DNA from: Candidatus Enterousia sp.
Lineage (GTDB): Bacteria; Pseudomonadota; Alphaproteobacteria; Rs-D84
Assembly (NCBI GenBank): GCA_045649345.1
Contig: JAZRPS010000011.1
Coordinates: forward strand, 1-62,263
DNA length: 62,263 nucleotides
Direction of reading: 5' to 3'
The notes beneath the pieces were generated by a model. The model was not told the DNA's origin. It saw only the letters and a list, made by a program, of their open reading frames with translations, and did no database searches. This document shows positions 7,689 through 18,325 of the stretch, in pieces (within the stretch, counting starts at the first letter, position 1; each line of letters opens with the position of its first letter). The position numbers were made by a program, and so were the translations under genes.

Positions 7689-9458
7689 ATGTTATCTTTG
7701 AAATCAAAGTATAGAACACATACATGTGGCGAATTAAATACATCAAATGTTGGTGCGGTTGTGACATTGTCAGGCTGGGTTCATCGTAAACGTGACCATG
7801 GGGCATTATTGTTCGTGGATTTGCGCGATAATTATGGAATCACCCAGGTTGTATTTGATGGTGGGAACGAGGCGTTGGAAAAAGTACGTCCGGAATCTGT
7901 GATTAAGGTGACTGGGACTGTTGTTGCACGTGATGCGGCGGCGGGTAATGATAAAATTCCAACCGGCGGAATTGAAATTCAGGCAGATAAATTTGAAGTG
8001 CTGACAAATTGTGAGGTTTTGCCATTCCAGGTGTTTGGTGATGATGATTCTGTTGCCGAAGATTTGCGTTTGAAACATCGTTATATTGATTTGCGTCGTG
8101 AATCGCTGCATAACAATATTTTAATGCGCAATCGCATTATTAAATTTATGCGTGATAAAATGTGGGATATGGGATTTTCGGAATTCCAAACGCCGGTCTT
8201 GACTGCGTCCAGTCCAGAAGGGGCGCGCGACTTTATCGTCCCCAGTCGTAATCATCATGGGATGTTCTATGCGTTGCCACAGGCACCACAGCAGTTTAAG
8301 CAGATTTTGCAAATTGCAGGTTTTGACCGCTATTTCCAAATTGCGCCATGTTTCCGTGACGAAGATTTACGCGCAGACAGATTATTGGAATTCTATCAAT
8401 TGGATATGGAAATGTCGTTTGTTGACCTGCCAGATATTCAGGCGGTGGGTGATGAATTAATGCCGGCGATGATACGTGAATTTGTTCCAGATGCAATTAT
8501 CGCAGATGAAATTCCACATATTCCATTTGATGAAGCAATGTTGAAATACGGTTCAGATAAACCAGATTTGCGTAATCCGATTATAATTCATGATGTGACG
8601 GAAATATTCCGTGGGTCTGATTTTGGAATCTTTGCAAATGCAATTGAAAACGGCAGTGTTGTTCGTGCAATCCCGGCCCCAAATTCATCGGATAAACCAC
8701 GTTCTTGGTTTGATAAACTGGGTGATTATGCGGTCAAAGAATTGGGACTGGGCGGATTGGGTTATATCGTCTTTGCTGATGAAGCCAAGGGTCCAGTTGC
8801 CAAGAAATTAGATGCAGAACGTATTGCAAAATTACGTGAAATTGCCGGTGATAATTCATCGTTGTTCTTTGTGTGTGATAATGCAGATGCAGCAGCGCGT
8901 GCGGCTGGTAAATTGCGCACAAAATTGGGTGAAGATTTGGGGCTGATTAATCCAAAAGAATTTCGTCTTTGCTGGATTGAATCGTTCCCATTCTTTGAAG
9001 CGGACGAAGAATCGCCAACAGGTATCGCGTTTACGCATAATCCATTCTCGTACCCGATGGCGACATTGGAAGAATTGTCAACGAAAAATCCATTGGAAAT
9101 CAAGGCTGCACAATTTGACATGGTGTTAAATGGTGCCGAAATTTGCAGTGGCGGTTTGCGTAATTATAACCCAGATGTGATGGTTAAATGCTTTGAAATC
9201 ACAGGGTATAGTGAAGATATCGTCAAAGAGAAATTTGGTGGTATGTATACCGCGTTCAAATATGGTGCGCCACCGCACGGTGGATGTGCGTTCGGTATTG
9301 ACCGACTGGTGCAAATAATGTTGGCAGAACCAAATTTGCGCGGGGTGGTTGCATTCCCAACAAATCAGCGTGGCCAGGATTTAATGCTGGGGGCGCCGAC
9401 GAATGTGACGGAACAGCAATTACGCGAAGTGCATATTCAGGTTCGCAAAAAGAACTAG
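7689..9458 (+). CDS. aspS: Aspartate--tRNA ligase
   Basis: Bacterial-type AspRS: OB-fold N-terminus (VTLSGWVHRKRDHGALLFVDLRD), class II motifs (FRDEDLRADR, GGLRNY, GGCAFGIDRL). Start set at Met 7689 after AAGGGA. Confidence 0.95.
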   Translation: MLSLKSKYRTHTCGELNTSNVGAVVTLSGWVHRKRDHGALLFVDLRDNYGITQVVFDGGNEALEKVRPESVIKVTGTVVARDAAAGNDKIPTGGIEIQADKFEVLTNCEVLPFQVFGDDDSVAEDLRLKHRYIDLRRESLHNNILMRNRIIKFMRDKMWDMGFSEFQTPVLTASSPEGARDFIVPSRNHHGMFYALPQAPQQFKQILQIAGFDRYFQIAPCFRDEDLRADRLLEFYQLDMEMSFVDLPDIQAVGDELMPAMIREFVPDAIIADEIPHIPFDEAMLKYGSDKPDLRNPIIIHDVTEIFRGSDFGIFANAIENGSVVRAIPAPNSSDKPRSWFDKLGDYAVKELGLGGLGYIVFADEAKGPVAKKLDAERIAKLREIAGDNSSLFFVCDNADAAARAAGKLRTKLGEDLGLINPKEFRLCWIESFPFFEADEESPTGIAFTHNPFSYPMATLEELSTKNPLEIKAAQFDMVLNGAEICSGGLRNYNPDVMVKCFEITGYSEDIVKEKFGGMYTAFKYGAPPHGGCAFGIDRLVQIMLAEPNLRGVVAFPTNQRGQDLMLGAPTNVTEQQLREVHIQVRKKN

Positions 9459-9462
9459 AAAT

Positions 9463-9491
9463 AAAATCCCCCAAAAGATGGGGGATTTTTT
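9463..9491 (+). terminator. Intrinsic terminator after aspS
   Basis: ATCCCCC / GGGGGAT stem followed by a T-run. Confidence 0.7.
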
Positions 9492-9567
9492 ATGCGTGTG
9501 ATTTCATACCTGTTGGCGTGGATTTTATTCTGTGTATAATTTTGTACAAAAATAGAGAGAGTTTATT

Positions 9568-9918
9568 ATGCACGAAAATATCGATGCCTTGGGGCAGTAT
9601 TTGAATCTAAGTCGTTATCAATCGAACAGATTAAAAATGAACAGTGAATTGTATAACTTTTCAGGTATGCAAAAACGCGGTGGTGTGTTGTATGCGCCAT
9701 ATGTATCACGGGGCTTTTGGGGACGTGTGGGACGCGTATTGTTTGGTGTGCGTGCAGATTTGATTGGACATGATAAAATATTATTGCGGGCGCAACGCAA
9801 GATTAAATTTTTTGCAAATGGTTATCACTGTGTGCGCGTTGGTAAATATACGTATTACGCCAATTCATTGGGGCAGGTTGTATCGCGCGATGAATTCATG
9901 CGCGATACAGGATGTTAA
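9568..9918 (+). CDS. Hypothetical protein (116 aa)
   Basis: Isolated ORF with its own upstream region. No recognisable motif. Ends convergently with a 4-bp overlap on the AsmA-like gene. Confidence 0.4.
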   Translation: MHENIDALGQYLNLSRYQSNRLKMNSELYNFSGMQKRGGVLYAPYVSRGFWGRVGRVLFGVRADLIGHDKILLRAQRKIKFFANGYHCVRVGKYTYYANSLGQVVSRDEFMRDTGC

Positions 9919-12389
9919 AATTTGTTGTGTGTCTTTACAAAGGCACGCATAAATCCAGGGTCGATATTCTGCATTATTTCAGACAGTGAATATTTTCTGT
10001 CGCCGTTTGGTAAAACACTTAGTGCGATTGTTGCAGGTTCTGGTGCCGTGCCACGCAGGGTCAGGTCAAATTCTGCGGTCATCATGCCGTCTGTGATTGC
10101 CAGACCACCAATGCCATCTGTGTGGCGCATTGATAATTCAATCGGTTCGGTGGTTATGAAATTGTCGCGGTCGTATGTTCCGACAATACGCATGTGTTTC
10201 AATCTTGTTTCGCCATTTGTTAATGCGTCAGCCAATGCATATTCTGCGTTCAAAGATGTTATGTTTTCCGCAGATGCATAGAATTTATCAAATGACATTC
10301 CAATGATATAGCCATCGTTGAATGTTAAGTCCAATATACCTGTCATGTTATAATAAATGTCGTGTGCAATTTGACCATATGTTGATAAGGCAATCTCAGC
10401 CGTTATCATCGTGTCGCGAATGTTTAATGGCATGTCAGATGATAACAGTTTCCCATTGATTACAAATTGGTTTAATTGAATGAATATGTCGTAATTGGTT
10501 TTGTCTTGTTCAATTGTTGCCAATAAATTTCCGCGTGCAGAATCTGTGATTGAAAATGTTTGTATGCCAGGTTTCAGTGAATATATAAAGTTCTGGTATT
10601 CGTTCCCGTTATAGATTAATGCATCGGCAGACAGTGATATATTAACAGGCAGACCAAATGGTATTAAAATTGGTACGTTTGTTAAAAATTCTAGTTCGGC
10701 AAAATTGTCCAAAAATGCCTGGTTCGTAAATGTGTCCAGTGATAATGTTTTTGTATGCAGTGTTATATTTTTTCCAGATACACTGCCGTTAAATTCGTGA
10801 CCTGATACAGAAATATTCAAGTTTGAAATTTTATTATCTTTGAAAAATCCAGATATGATATAACCGTCATCATTGATTGATTGTAAATCAATACCGGGGA
10901 ACCATGTCTTGAAACTGCGTCCAGTCAGGTAAAAATAATTATCGTATGTTGATAGTTGCCATTGCTTGTTGTGTGGTGTGAATGTCAACATGCCGTTGTT
11001 CCATGAAAAATTACCAACGTCAGACAGCATGAATTCTGGTAAAAAGGGCAGTGCGATGTTCAGCCATTTTAATGTCTTGTTTTGGGCAAAGTTATACGAT
11101 GGTGTTATGCTGTTCGGTGTGATGGTATATGTACCACCAATGTCAGAAAATTGAAACTTGATTATCCCACGCTTGCCAAAGCGCGATACGATATTCATTA
11201 ATTTTTCATTCGTTGGCATTGGGATGTCTGATTGAACAGTTATATCAAATTTATCGCCGTCAACAGATATGTTGCCGTTCAGATTACCATATGTAAATTT
11301 TGAACAAGACCATTTTTCAGGCGTTCCAGAAAACAGACACATTACATTTGTGCCGTCATATGGCATTGTAATCATTATGTCTTTTGCGCCGTTTTGGGTT
11401 ATCGTGCCGCCAGTGATTGCAATGTCATCTGCGATAATGTTTGTGATTTGAAATTTGTCAGATGTGCCGACAGCATCGATTTTTAGGTGTTTAAAATCAC
11501 GGTTCGCAAATGTTAGATTGCCGTATAAATCCAGATTGAATTTTGTTTTGTGCAATATTCTGTTGGGTTTTAGCAAAAATGAAAAATCAAACGTCATATC
11601 ATTGGAAACCAATTGAATATTTTTGTCGCCATTTGGCAATATTTCAATGTTTCCAGAAAAGTTGTCTGATTCAATATTTGTGAATTTGTAGCCGTTGCCA
11701 CCATCCCATTCAAAATTAGTCGTTAACTCTATCGGGCGTGTTATCTTTGGTTCCTTGAATCCAAACCATTCATTTATATTCTTGGTCGCCAATGTTATTG
11801 TGCCGCGGATTGAACCGTCAGAATAAAATTGTCCAGTAATGTCCAGATTATTATTTTTGTTTTTTATATAAAATGTGTCGCCAATAAATTCGACATCATA
11901 TTTGTGTTCGTCTGTGCGGATTGTGCCGTGGAATGCGCCATCGGTAAAGTCTGCACGTACAATGTGGAATTTGCGACCCTTGAATTTTATGTCACTGTTA
12001 TAGATTTCAATATTGTGGTTAAAGTTTGCAGGTTCCAGTTTGTCAACAGTTATGTCGGCATCGTATATAACAACAGGACCATTTAGTTTTGCGTTTTCGA
12101 TGTCAAAAAAACTGCGGAACGGGATGGAAAACATTACAGAACCGATTTTTGCCGTTGGAATAATCACATTGTGTGCGACAATTGTGGCACCGCCAACCAG
12201 ACTGAAATGCAGACTGCCATTTAATTTTACGGGGACATGCGTCTGTTCATAAATAGATTTTTCAATAACCGGTTTGAATCTATTTAATGTAATCATTGGC
12301 GGAATAATTATTGCCGCCAATACAAAGGCGCATATTGTGCATAAAACGGTTAAAAAAATTCTGCGTTTTGTTTTGGGTTTTAATGCCAT
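9915..12389 (-). CDS. AsmA-family outer-membrane assembly protein (824 aa)
   Basis: Basic N-terminus plus a single TM anchor ([29 protein letters not shown]), then a long beta-rich Asn/Thr/Gly-rich body as in AsmA/TamB-like proteins. Start moved to Met 12389. Confidence 0.6.
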   Translation of the reverse strand: MALKPKTKRRIFLTVLCTICAFVLAAIIIPPMITLNRFKPVIEKSIYEQTHVPVKLNGSLHFSLVGGATIVAHNVIIPTAKIGSVMFSIPFRSFFDIENAKLNGPVVIYDADITVDKLEPANFNHNIEIYNSDIKFKGRKFHIVRADFTDGAFHGTIRTDEHKYDVEFIGDTFYIKNKNNNLDITGQFYSDGSIRGTITLATKNINEWFGFKEPKITRPIELTTNFEWDGGNGYKFTNIESDNFSGNIEILPNGDKNIQLVSNDMTFDFSFLLKPNRILHKTKFNLDLYGNLTFANRDFKHLKIDAVGTSDKFQITNIIADDIAITGGTITQNGAKDIMITMPYDGTNVMCLFSGTPEKWSCSKFTYGNLNGNISVDGDKFDITVQSDIPMPTNEKLMNIVSRFGKRGIIKFQFSDIGGTYTITPNSITPSYNFAQNKTLKWLNIALPFLPEFMLSDVGNFSWNNGMLTFTPHNKQWQLSTYDNYFYLTGRSFKTWFPGIDLQSINDDGYIISGFFKDNKISNLNISVSGHEFNGSVSGKNITLHTKTLSLDTFTNQAFLDNFAELEFLTNVPILIPFGLPVNISLSADALIYNGNEYQNFIYSLKPGIQTFSITDSARGNLLATIEQDKTNYDIFIQLNQFVINGKLLSSDMPLNIRDTMITAEIALSTYGQIAHDIYYNMTGILDLTFNDGYIIGMSFDKFYASAENITSLNAEYALADALTNGETRLKHMRIVGTYDRDNFITTEPIELSMRHTDGIGGLAITDGMMTAEFDLTLRGTAPEPATIALSVLPNGDRKYSLSEIMQNIDPGFMRAFVKTHNKF

Positions 12390-12446
12390 TCTCTCTGTCC
12401 TTGTTTTTTTATTATAATGGATTATATTAAGGTTGCGAATAAAAAA

Positions 12447-14438
12447 ATGAAAAAAGCAGAATTTTATCTTGAAAGTGATTATAAGCCCATGGGTGACCAG
12501 CCAACCGCAATTGCAGAGTTGGTTGATGGGGTCAGTTCTGGTAAACAATCCCAGGTTTTGTTGGGGGTGACCGGGTCAGGCAAGACATTTACAATGGCAA
12601 ATGTGATTGCAGAATTAGGACGCCCGGCGCTGATTATGGCGCCAAATAAAATTCTGGCGGCACAATTATATACGGAAATGAAGTCGTTCTTTCCGCGTAA
12701 TCATGTTGAATATTTTGTGTCGTACTATGATTATTATCAGCCAGAGGCATATATGCCAACAACGGACACTTATATCGATAAAGATGCGTCGATTAATGAA
12801 CAACTGGACCGGATGCGGCACAGTGCAACGCGCGCAATGCTGGAAGAGCGTGATGTTGTTGTGGTGTCGTCTGTTTCGTCAATCTATGGTATGGGATCGC
12901 CTGAACAATATGCCGGGATGAAATTGGTATTAAATGCCGGTGATATGATTTCGATGCGTGATGTGATGCGGGCGCTGGTTGATATTCAATATAAACGAAA
13001 TGATACGGCGTTTGAACGCGGTGATTTCCGCGTGCGTGGTGATGTGCTGGATATATTTCCGTCCCATTCACAAGATAGGGGATGGAAACTGTCTTTTTGG
13101 GGGGACGAGATAGAAGAAATCTGGGAATTTGATATTTTAACAGGTGCAAAATTAAAAAAGATAGACAGGATTGCAATCTATCCAAATACACACTATGCAA
13201 CCCCAATGCCCAGTGTTTTACAGGCATTGACGCAAATTCGCGCGGATTTAAAAGAGCGTTTGGAATACTTTCATGAAAATATGAAATATATCGAAGAACA
13301 GCGTTTGCGTGAACGTGTGAACTTTGATATCGAAATGATGGAAAGTACGGGGACATGTCGTGGGGTGGAAAATTATTCGCGATATTTATCGGGACGATTA
13401 CCGGGGCAGCCACCACCAACACTGTTTGAATACTTGCCAAAAGATGCGGTCTTGTTTATTGATGAAAGTCATGTGACGGTTCCACAAATTGGTGCGATGA
13501 GTCGCGGTGATCGTGCGCGCAAGGAAACATTGTCCCAATATGGATTCAGATTGCCGGCATGTGTTGATAATCGACCATTAACGTTTGAAGAGTGGGATAG
13601 TCTGCGTCCGCAAACGATATTTGTTTCTGCAACGCCTGCGGAGTGGGAATTGGCGCAATCAGGTGGCGTTGTTTCAGAACAGGTTATTCGACCGACGGGA
13701 TTGTTAGACCCGGTGTGCGAGGTTCGCCCAATCGAACATCAGGTTGATGATTTGTTGGGTCAAGTAAAAAATACCCAGGGACGTGTGTTGGTGACAACGC
13801 TGACCAAGAAAATGGCGGAACAGTTGACGGACTATTTGAATGAAAATAACGTCAGGGCAAAGTATCTGCACAGTGATATTGAAACGCTGGAACGTATTGA
13901 ATTACTGCGTGAATTGCGTATGGGAAAGTTTGATGTTTTGGTAGGTATCAATTTATTGCGCGAAGGGTTGGATGTGCCAGAATGCGAACTGGTCGCGATT
14001 ATGGATGCGGATAAGGAAGGATTCTTGCGTTCAACGCGGTCGCTGATTCAGACAATTGGACGTGCGGCACGTAATGCAAGCGGACGTGTGATTTTGTATG
14101 CAGATAAAATCACAGATTCAATGCGGGCGGCGCTGGACGAAACGGCGCGTCGACGTGAAAAACAAATGGCGTACAATGCAGAACATGGAATTACACCAAA
14201 AACTGTCACCAAGGCAATCTTTGCTGAGGTTGGTGAAAAACAAGAAAAGACTGACAAAGCCCGCAGATTTGTGTATGATAAATCGGGTGGTGTGATGGAT
14301 GCTGATTCAATCCGCAAGGAAATAAAGCGTCTGATAAAGATTATGCACACGCATGCAGAAAATCTGGAATTTGAAGATGCCGCTGCGGTGCGTGACACAA
14401 TTCATAAACTGGAAGATGATTTGCTGTTGGTGGAGTAG
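12447..14438 (+). CDS. uvrB: Excinuclease ABC subunit B
   Basis: [10 protein letters not shown], Walker [10 protein letters not shown], helicase motifs, C-terminal UVR domain ([17 protein letters not shown]). Start 12447 chosen for N-terminal length; 12417 is possible. Confidence 0.95.
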   Translation: MKKAEFYLESDYKPMGDQPTAIAELVDGVSSGKQSQVLLGVTGSGKTFTMANVIAELGRPALIMAPNKILAAQLYTEMKSFFPRNHVEYFVSYYDYYQPEAYMPTTDTYIDKDASINEQLDRMRHSATRAMLEERDVVVVSSVSSIYGMGSPEQYAGMKLVLNAGDMISMRDVMRALVDIQYKRNDTAFERGDFRVRGDVLDIFPSHSQDRGWKLSFWGDEIEEIWEFDILTGAKLKKIDRIAIYPNTHYATPMPSVLQALTQIRADLKERLEYFHENMKYIEEQRLRERVNFDIEMMESTGTCRGVENYSRYLSGRLPGQPPPTLFEYLPKDAVLFIDESHVTVPQIGAMSRGDRARKETLSQYGFRLPACVDNRPLTFEEWDSLRPQTIFVSATPAEWELAQSGGVVSEQVIRPTGLLDPVCEVRPIEHQVDDLLGQVKNTQGRVLVTTLTKKMAEQLTDYLNENNVRAKYLHSDIETLERIELLRELRMGKFDVLVGINLLREGLDVPECELVAIMDADKEGFLRSTRSLIQTIGRAARNASGRVILYADKITDSMRAALDETARRREKQMAYNAEHGITPKTVTKAIFAEVGEKQEKTDKARRFVYDKSGGVMDADSIRKEIKRLIKIMHTHAENLEFEDAAAVRDTIHKLEDDLLLVE

Positions 14439-14442
14439 GGAT

Positions 14443-14841
14443 ATGAAAGAATATACGTTAGAAAATGTCGAACAGATGCGTGCATGGGCGCGGGATTTTG
14501 CAAAGACACTGAATGCACCGTGTGTGGTGGCACTGCACGGTGATTTAGGTATGGGAAAATCCGAAATCGCGCGCAGTGTCATTCAAACCCTGCGTGGGGC
14601 AGATACTGTTGTCCCCAGTCCGACATTTACAATTGTGCAATCGTATGATGGGATTTCACACTTTGATTTATATCGTGTCGAAGATGCGTCTGAATTAACA
14701 GAAATTGGTTTGATGCATGCGATTGAAAATGATATTACATTAATTGAATGGCCAGAAATCGCCACAGATATGTTGCCAGAAAATACAATTCATGTTTATA
14801 TAACCCAGCATGGTGATGGGCGCAAGGTTATAATTAAATAG
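14443..14841 (+). CDS. tsaE: tRNA t6A37 biosynthesis ATPase TsaE
   Basis: P-loop GDLGMGKSEIAR, SPTFTIV, HFDLYR motifs. Start 5 bp after the uvrB stop. Confidence 0.85.
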   Translation: MKEYTLENVEQMRAWARDFAKTLNAPCVVALHGDLGMGKSEIARSVIQTLRGADTVVPSPTFTIVQSYDGISHFDLYRVEDASELTEIGLMHAIENDITLIEWPEIATDMLPENTIHVYITQHGDGRKVIIK

Positions 14842-14975
14842 TTTGGGAAAAAGTACCAATATGATTTTGGGGACGTGTTATGATATATTTATAAACGCGG
14901 ATATAATTCGCGATGCAGGCGTGCACGAAAAAGGCTTTATGGCCACGAACCCACATCCCTATATGCATGGTTTGC

Positions 14976-15006
14976 AAAAATACACCCCATATGGGGTGTG
15001 TTTTTA
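14976..15006. terminator. Bidirectional terminator hairpin between convergent tsaE and ftsA-rpe
   Basis: ACACCCCATATGGGGTGT palindrome flanked by an A-run and a T-run. Confidence 0.65.
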
Positions 15007-16788
15007 TGTGTTTTGAATATCTTTTTTTAGCAGGCTGTGTACTGCCAATGGAAAGTCTGGGGACTTTGCAAGGTATGAACCGCTGACCAACATGTCGGCA
15101 CCTGCGTCCCAGCATAATTTTGCAGTTCTGTCATTTATGCCACCGTCAACAGATATGACGAATTTTAATCCATATTTTTTGCGTGTTGCCACCAGAACAG
15201 ATATTTTATGCAGGGCGTCAGGTTCAAAACTTTGACCGGCAGCACCCGGTTCGACAGACATTATCATAACCTCATCAATATCGCGCAGGACAGGTTTTAA
15301 TATAGATACAGATGAGCCTGGGTTTATGGCGATTCCGACGCGACGACCAGCGTTCTTTACGATTTTTATTGCAGCACGCAAACCAGATGTATTGGTTGAC
15401 AGTATGACCGTGTCTGCGCCGGCAGCGACAGCGTCAGTTGCCCAAATGTTCGGACTTTCGGTCATTAAATGTACATGTAGATGTGCGTTTGTGTGTGTGC
15501 GGATTGTTTTTAATTCTTCGATACTGCCGGCGATTCTGTCGACATAAAAACCGTCCATAATATCGACGTGTATCATTGATATGCCACCAGATTTAAATAG
15601 GCTATATGTTTCTGGGCGTCGCATGTCAAAGCACAATGTGCTGGGTAATATTGGAATAAATCGGGTGTGATGTTTTGGTTTGCGCTTAAATAATTTATGA
15701 ACCCAGTTGGTGCGCTTTTGCCAACGGTTGTGGCGCGCAATAAATGATTCGCGTTTTGGTTGCAGACCGTGCCATATATAGTCAGACAGGGCGCGAACGG
15801 TTGCGTCGGTGGGTATTGCGTCGGTCAATACGGCAAATGCGTTTTCGATAAAGTCACGTAATCCTTCGATTTCAGCGCCACCGCCTGTTAAAATTATTTT
15901 TGTTGGGTGATATTTTGTAAATGGTTTCAGGCATTGGTCTTTGATTTGTCCAATAATATCAACCAAGATTGGTATAATAATATCGTTTACGTCGGCACGT
16001 GAAAAATCATAGGCGGTATCTGCCGGTGTAAAACGATCCATTTCTTTGGGAATCAGGGATGCGACCGCACGCTTTATTTGGTCGGCAGATTCAACAGATA
16101 TATTTAATTTTTCAGAAATTGCGTTCGTTATATCTGTGCCACCCAGTTTTATTTTTGTGTGAAAAACAGGACCGCGATCTGTCCAAATTGATGCGCTGGT
16201 AAACCCTGCGCCAAAATCGATAAATAGTGTTGGTTGCTTTTCTGTGCGATAAATTGCGTTTTGTATAAATTGTGGGTCATAAAAGGCGGTCGGTTGAATA
16301 AATGCGCCACGCATATGTTCATAAATTTTATCAATCCCACTGCGTGAATAAAATATTGCACCAAAAACAGATGCCAGTTGATGGTCAATGTGTCCAATTG
16401 GTGACAACATATTGCGCGCATGTGGCGTATCATATCGTAATGGAACAATGTGCATTGGGAAATAACCATCGGGTGGTGTTATGCGTGAAATTTGCGCACG
16501 TATGTCAGATGTGGTAATTTTATGTTCGCCAGACCATGTATCGTGTTGGATGGACATTTCAAATGCAGATGGACCAAAATTCCCGGTTATAAAGGCGTTA
16601 TCAAAGTGTGAACCAATTTGTTTTTCTAGTTCGTCAACAACAGATTTTATTGCAAATACGGTATCAAAGCTGTCCATGCTAAAAAAAGCAGAATGGTCAA
16701 TTTGGGCGTTGCGTATGCGATGCGCAATGCCACGTACACCATACGTGCCAATGTCAAGACACAAAAAAGATGAATCGTATAAGTTCAT
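15004..16788 (-). CDS. ftsA: FtsA cell-division protein fused in frame to a ribulose-phosphate 3-epimerase domain
   Basis: Residues 1-350 align by eye with FtsA (LDIGTYGV, IDFGAGFTSASIW, LGGTDIT, LTGGGAEIEGL). Residues 354-372 form a basic amphipathic stretch. Residues 377-594 carry Rpe motifs (IHVDIMDG, HVHLM, MSVEPGAAGQSF, VDGGI). Confidence 0.8.
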   Translation of the reverse strand: MNLYDSSFLCLDIGTYGVRGIAHRIRNAQIDHSAFFSMDSFDTVFAIKSVVDELEKQIGSHFDNAFITGNFGPSAFEMSIQHDTWSGEHKITTSDIRAQISRITPPDGYFPMHIVPLRYDTPHARNMLSPIGHIDHQLASVFGAIFYSRSGIDKIYEHMRGAFIQPTAFYDPQFIQNAIYRTEKQPTLFIDFGAGFTSASIWTDRGPVFHTKIKLGGTDITNAISEKLNISVESADQIKRAVASLIPKEMDRFTPADTAYDFSRADVNDIIIPILVDIIGQIKDQCLKPFTKYHPTKIILTGGGAEIEGLRDFIENAFAVLTDAIPTDATVRALSDYIWHGLQPKRESFIARHNRWQKRTNWVHKLFKRKPKHHTRFIPILPSTLCFDMRRPETYSLFKSGGISMIHVDIMDGFYVDRIAGSIEELKTIRTHTNAHLHVHLMTESPNIWATDAVAAGADTVILSTNTSGLRAAIKIVKNAGRRVGIAINPGSSVSILKPVLRDIDEVMIMSVEPGAAGQSFEPDALHKISVLVATRKKYGLKFVISVDGGINDRTAKLCWDAGADMLVSGSYLAKSPDFPLAVHSLLKKDIQNT

Positions 16789-16797
16789 TTGCGTTTA

Positions 16798-17478
16798 TTA
16801 TTTTACGTAAGTACGCGCACTGTCACGCATGTCTATGACGGTGATGTCTTTGTGTAAAATGTTATGATTTTTATTTAGGGTAATTAAACTGGTGATTGCA
16901 GATATTGGATCAGATTCTGGTAGCATAACGGTAATTCCGCCGGTTGTATGCAGGTTCCAACGGCGATTTTCAATCCATTCAAGATAGTCAATGTCGCCAA
17001 TCATATTGCGTGCAACACGTGTAATTTCGGTAATGTCGTCGGGCAATTTTCCACGAAATACAAGGTTGCCTGTGTCGCGCGCGTCTGTTGGTTTGTTTAC
17101 AATTGTGCCGTCGCCCGATAAAGGGAAATAATTTTCACCGTCTGTCCACAGGGCGACCGCCTGGTATAAAGATACCTCAACAGAAATATTTCCGTTTGGC
17201 ATGCGGCGAACCGCAGATTTGCGTACGCCTGGGACGGCGCCGACGCGTGCGTTCATCGCGTCCAGATCAACAGAATATGAATGTGTGCCGGGTGCAATTG
17301 AGATTGTAGTTGCAAGATCAGATAAATCTGCATCTTTGATATCGGCAGATATGGTTATGTTCCGTACCAGTGATGGTTTGCCGTGACCGGTACCTGTCAT
17401 AATAATGCGTACAGAAAAATATATTGCTAAGACAATAGCAATGATAAAACATAACCAAAACCAGATTGAACGCTTCAT
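16798..17478 (-). CDS. ftsQ: Cell division protein FtsQ
   Basis: N-terminal TM anchor followed by a POTRA/FtsQ-type domain. Lies directly upstream of ftsA (9-bp gap). Confidence 0.8.
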   Translation of the reverse strand: MKRSIWFWLCFIIAIVLAIYFSVRIIMTGTGHGKPSLVRNITISADIKDADLSDLATTISIAPGTHSYSVDLDAMNARVGAVPGVRKSAVRRMPNGNISVEVSLYQAVALWTDGENYFPLSGDGTIVNKPTDARDTGNLVFRGKLPDDITEITRVARNMIGDIDYLEWIENRRWNLHTTGGITVMLPESDPISAITSLITLNKNHNILHKDITVIDMRDSARTYVK

Positions 17479-17524
17479 GGGTTATATTATATCATAAAAA
17501 AGTACGTTTCGCAAAGATTGATTA

Positions 17525-17905
17525 TTACATTGCGCGTAATAAATAGCCGCGACGGAACATGCATTTGCGATATGAACCGACAGATTTTGATGTCGTGTTG
17601 CGCGGAACAGACATTAAACTGCGTTGTCCAACATCGCGATATTCATTTGATTGAAATGTCACCCACAGACCGTCCCAGTCAGGCATCTGACCGCTTTGAT
17701 TCGGGGCAAGAAATTTTGCAATGCGTGAACGTGGCTGGTGCGCAGGTCTTGTAATGCCCAGGCAAGCCTTGTGGTCACGAACGAATTGTTCGGTGGTGAC
17801 GGCTTCGTTCTCCCAATTCAAAATGGTGGCGTCATCAATACTGCCGCGATTGACAGACGCACATGATACCAGGACCAAAAATAATGGTAAAAATTTTATT
17901 CTCAT
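17525..17905 (-). CDS. Hypothetical lipoprotein (126 aa)
   Basis: Signal peptide with lipobox (LFLVLVSCAS). No family recognised. Confidence 0.55.
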   Translation of the reverse strand: MRIKFLPLFLVLVSCASVNRGSIDDATILNWENEAVTTEQFVRDHKACLGITRPAHQPRSRIAKFLAPNQSGQMPDWDGLWVTFQSNEYRDVGQRSLMSVPRNTTSKSVGSYRKCMFRRGYLLRAM

Positions 17906-17982
17906 GTTTTCTATTATAATTTATTTGCCTTTTGGTGGCAATAGTTTTTATAATGTATAAAAAAGAGAGAAAGGACAAAGGA

Positions 17983-18306
17983 ATGGCAATCACCGTTCAA
18001 CAATTTATTAAGTTGGCAAATTATTATAATCAAACTGCGATAATTATGTCCGCGATTTGTGTGCAAAAGGGCGGTATCGCAATGGAAAACTATGTTGGGC
18101 GTTTCTATGGCGCAGATCTACTAGAATTCGTTGTGGAATATGGACGTCGCTTGCAGGCACAAGATAAAAATTTGCAACCAGAAATAGTTGCGTTGATTAA
18201 TCGTTTTAGTGCACAATATGAACGGGTCAAGGATTTGGTGACGCCAACGCAAAAACCGTTCCATGAAATGACACTGGAAGAATTTGAAAAGGTTATGAAT
18301 ATTTAA
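17983..18306 (+). CDS. Hypothetical small cytoplasmic protein (107 aa), first gene of the co-directional array
   Basis: AAAGGA RBS ahead of ATG 17983. 19-bp gap to the next gene. No signal peptide. Confidence 0.45.
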   Translation: MAITVQQFIKLANYYNQTAIIMSAICVQKGGIAMENYVGRFYGADLLEFVVEYGRRLQAQDKNLQPEIVALINRFSAQYERVKDLVTPTQKPFHEMTLEEFEKVMNI

Positions 18307-18325
18307 TGGCTTAGGGAGAAGTTTT

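Noticed and set aside
12793-13440. Long antisense ORFs inside well-supported genes. Examples are 215 aa opposite uvrB, 236 aa at 19885-20595 opposite lolC, 229 aa at 46434-47123 opposite mutL, 244 aa at 53030-53764 opposite ftsK, 233 aa at 49079-49780 opposite secD/secF, and 206 aa at 30006-30626 opposite addB
   Set aside because: Each lies fully within a gene whose translation has strong family motifs. Their own translations are low-complexity (His/Pro/Thr/Ser-rich) with no motifs. They are typical shadow ORFs.
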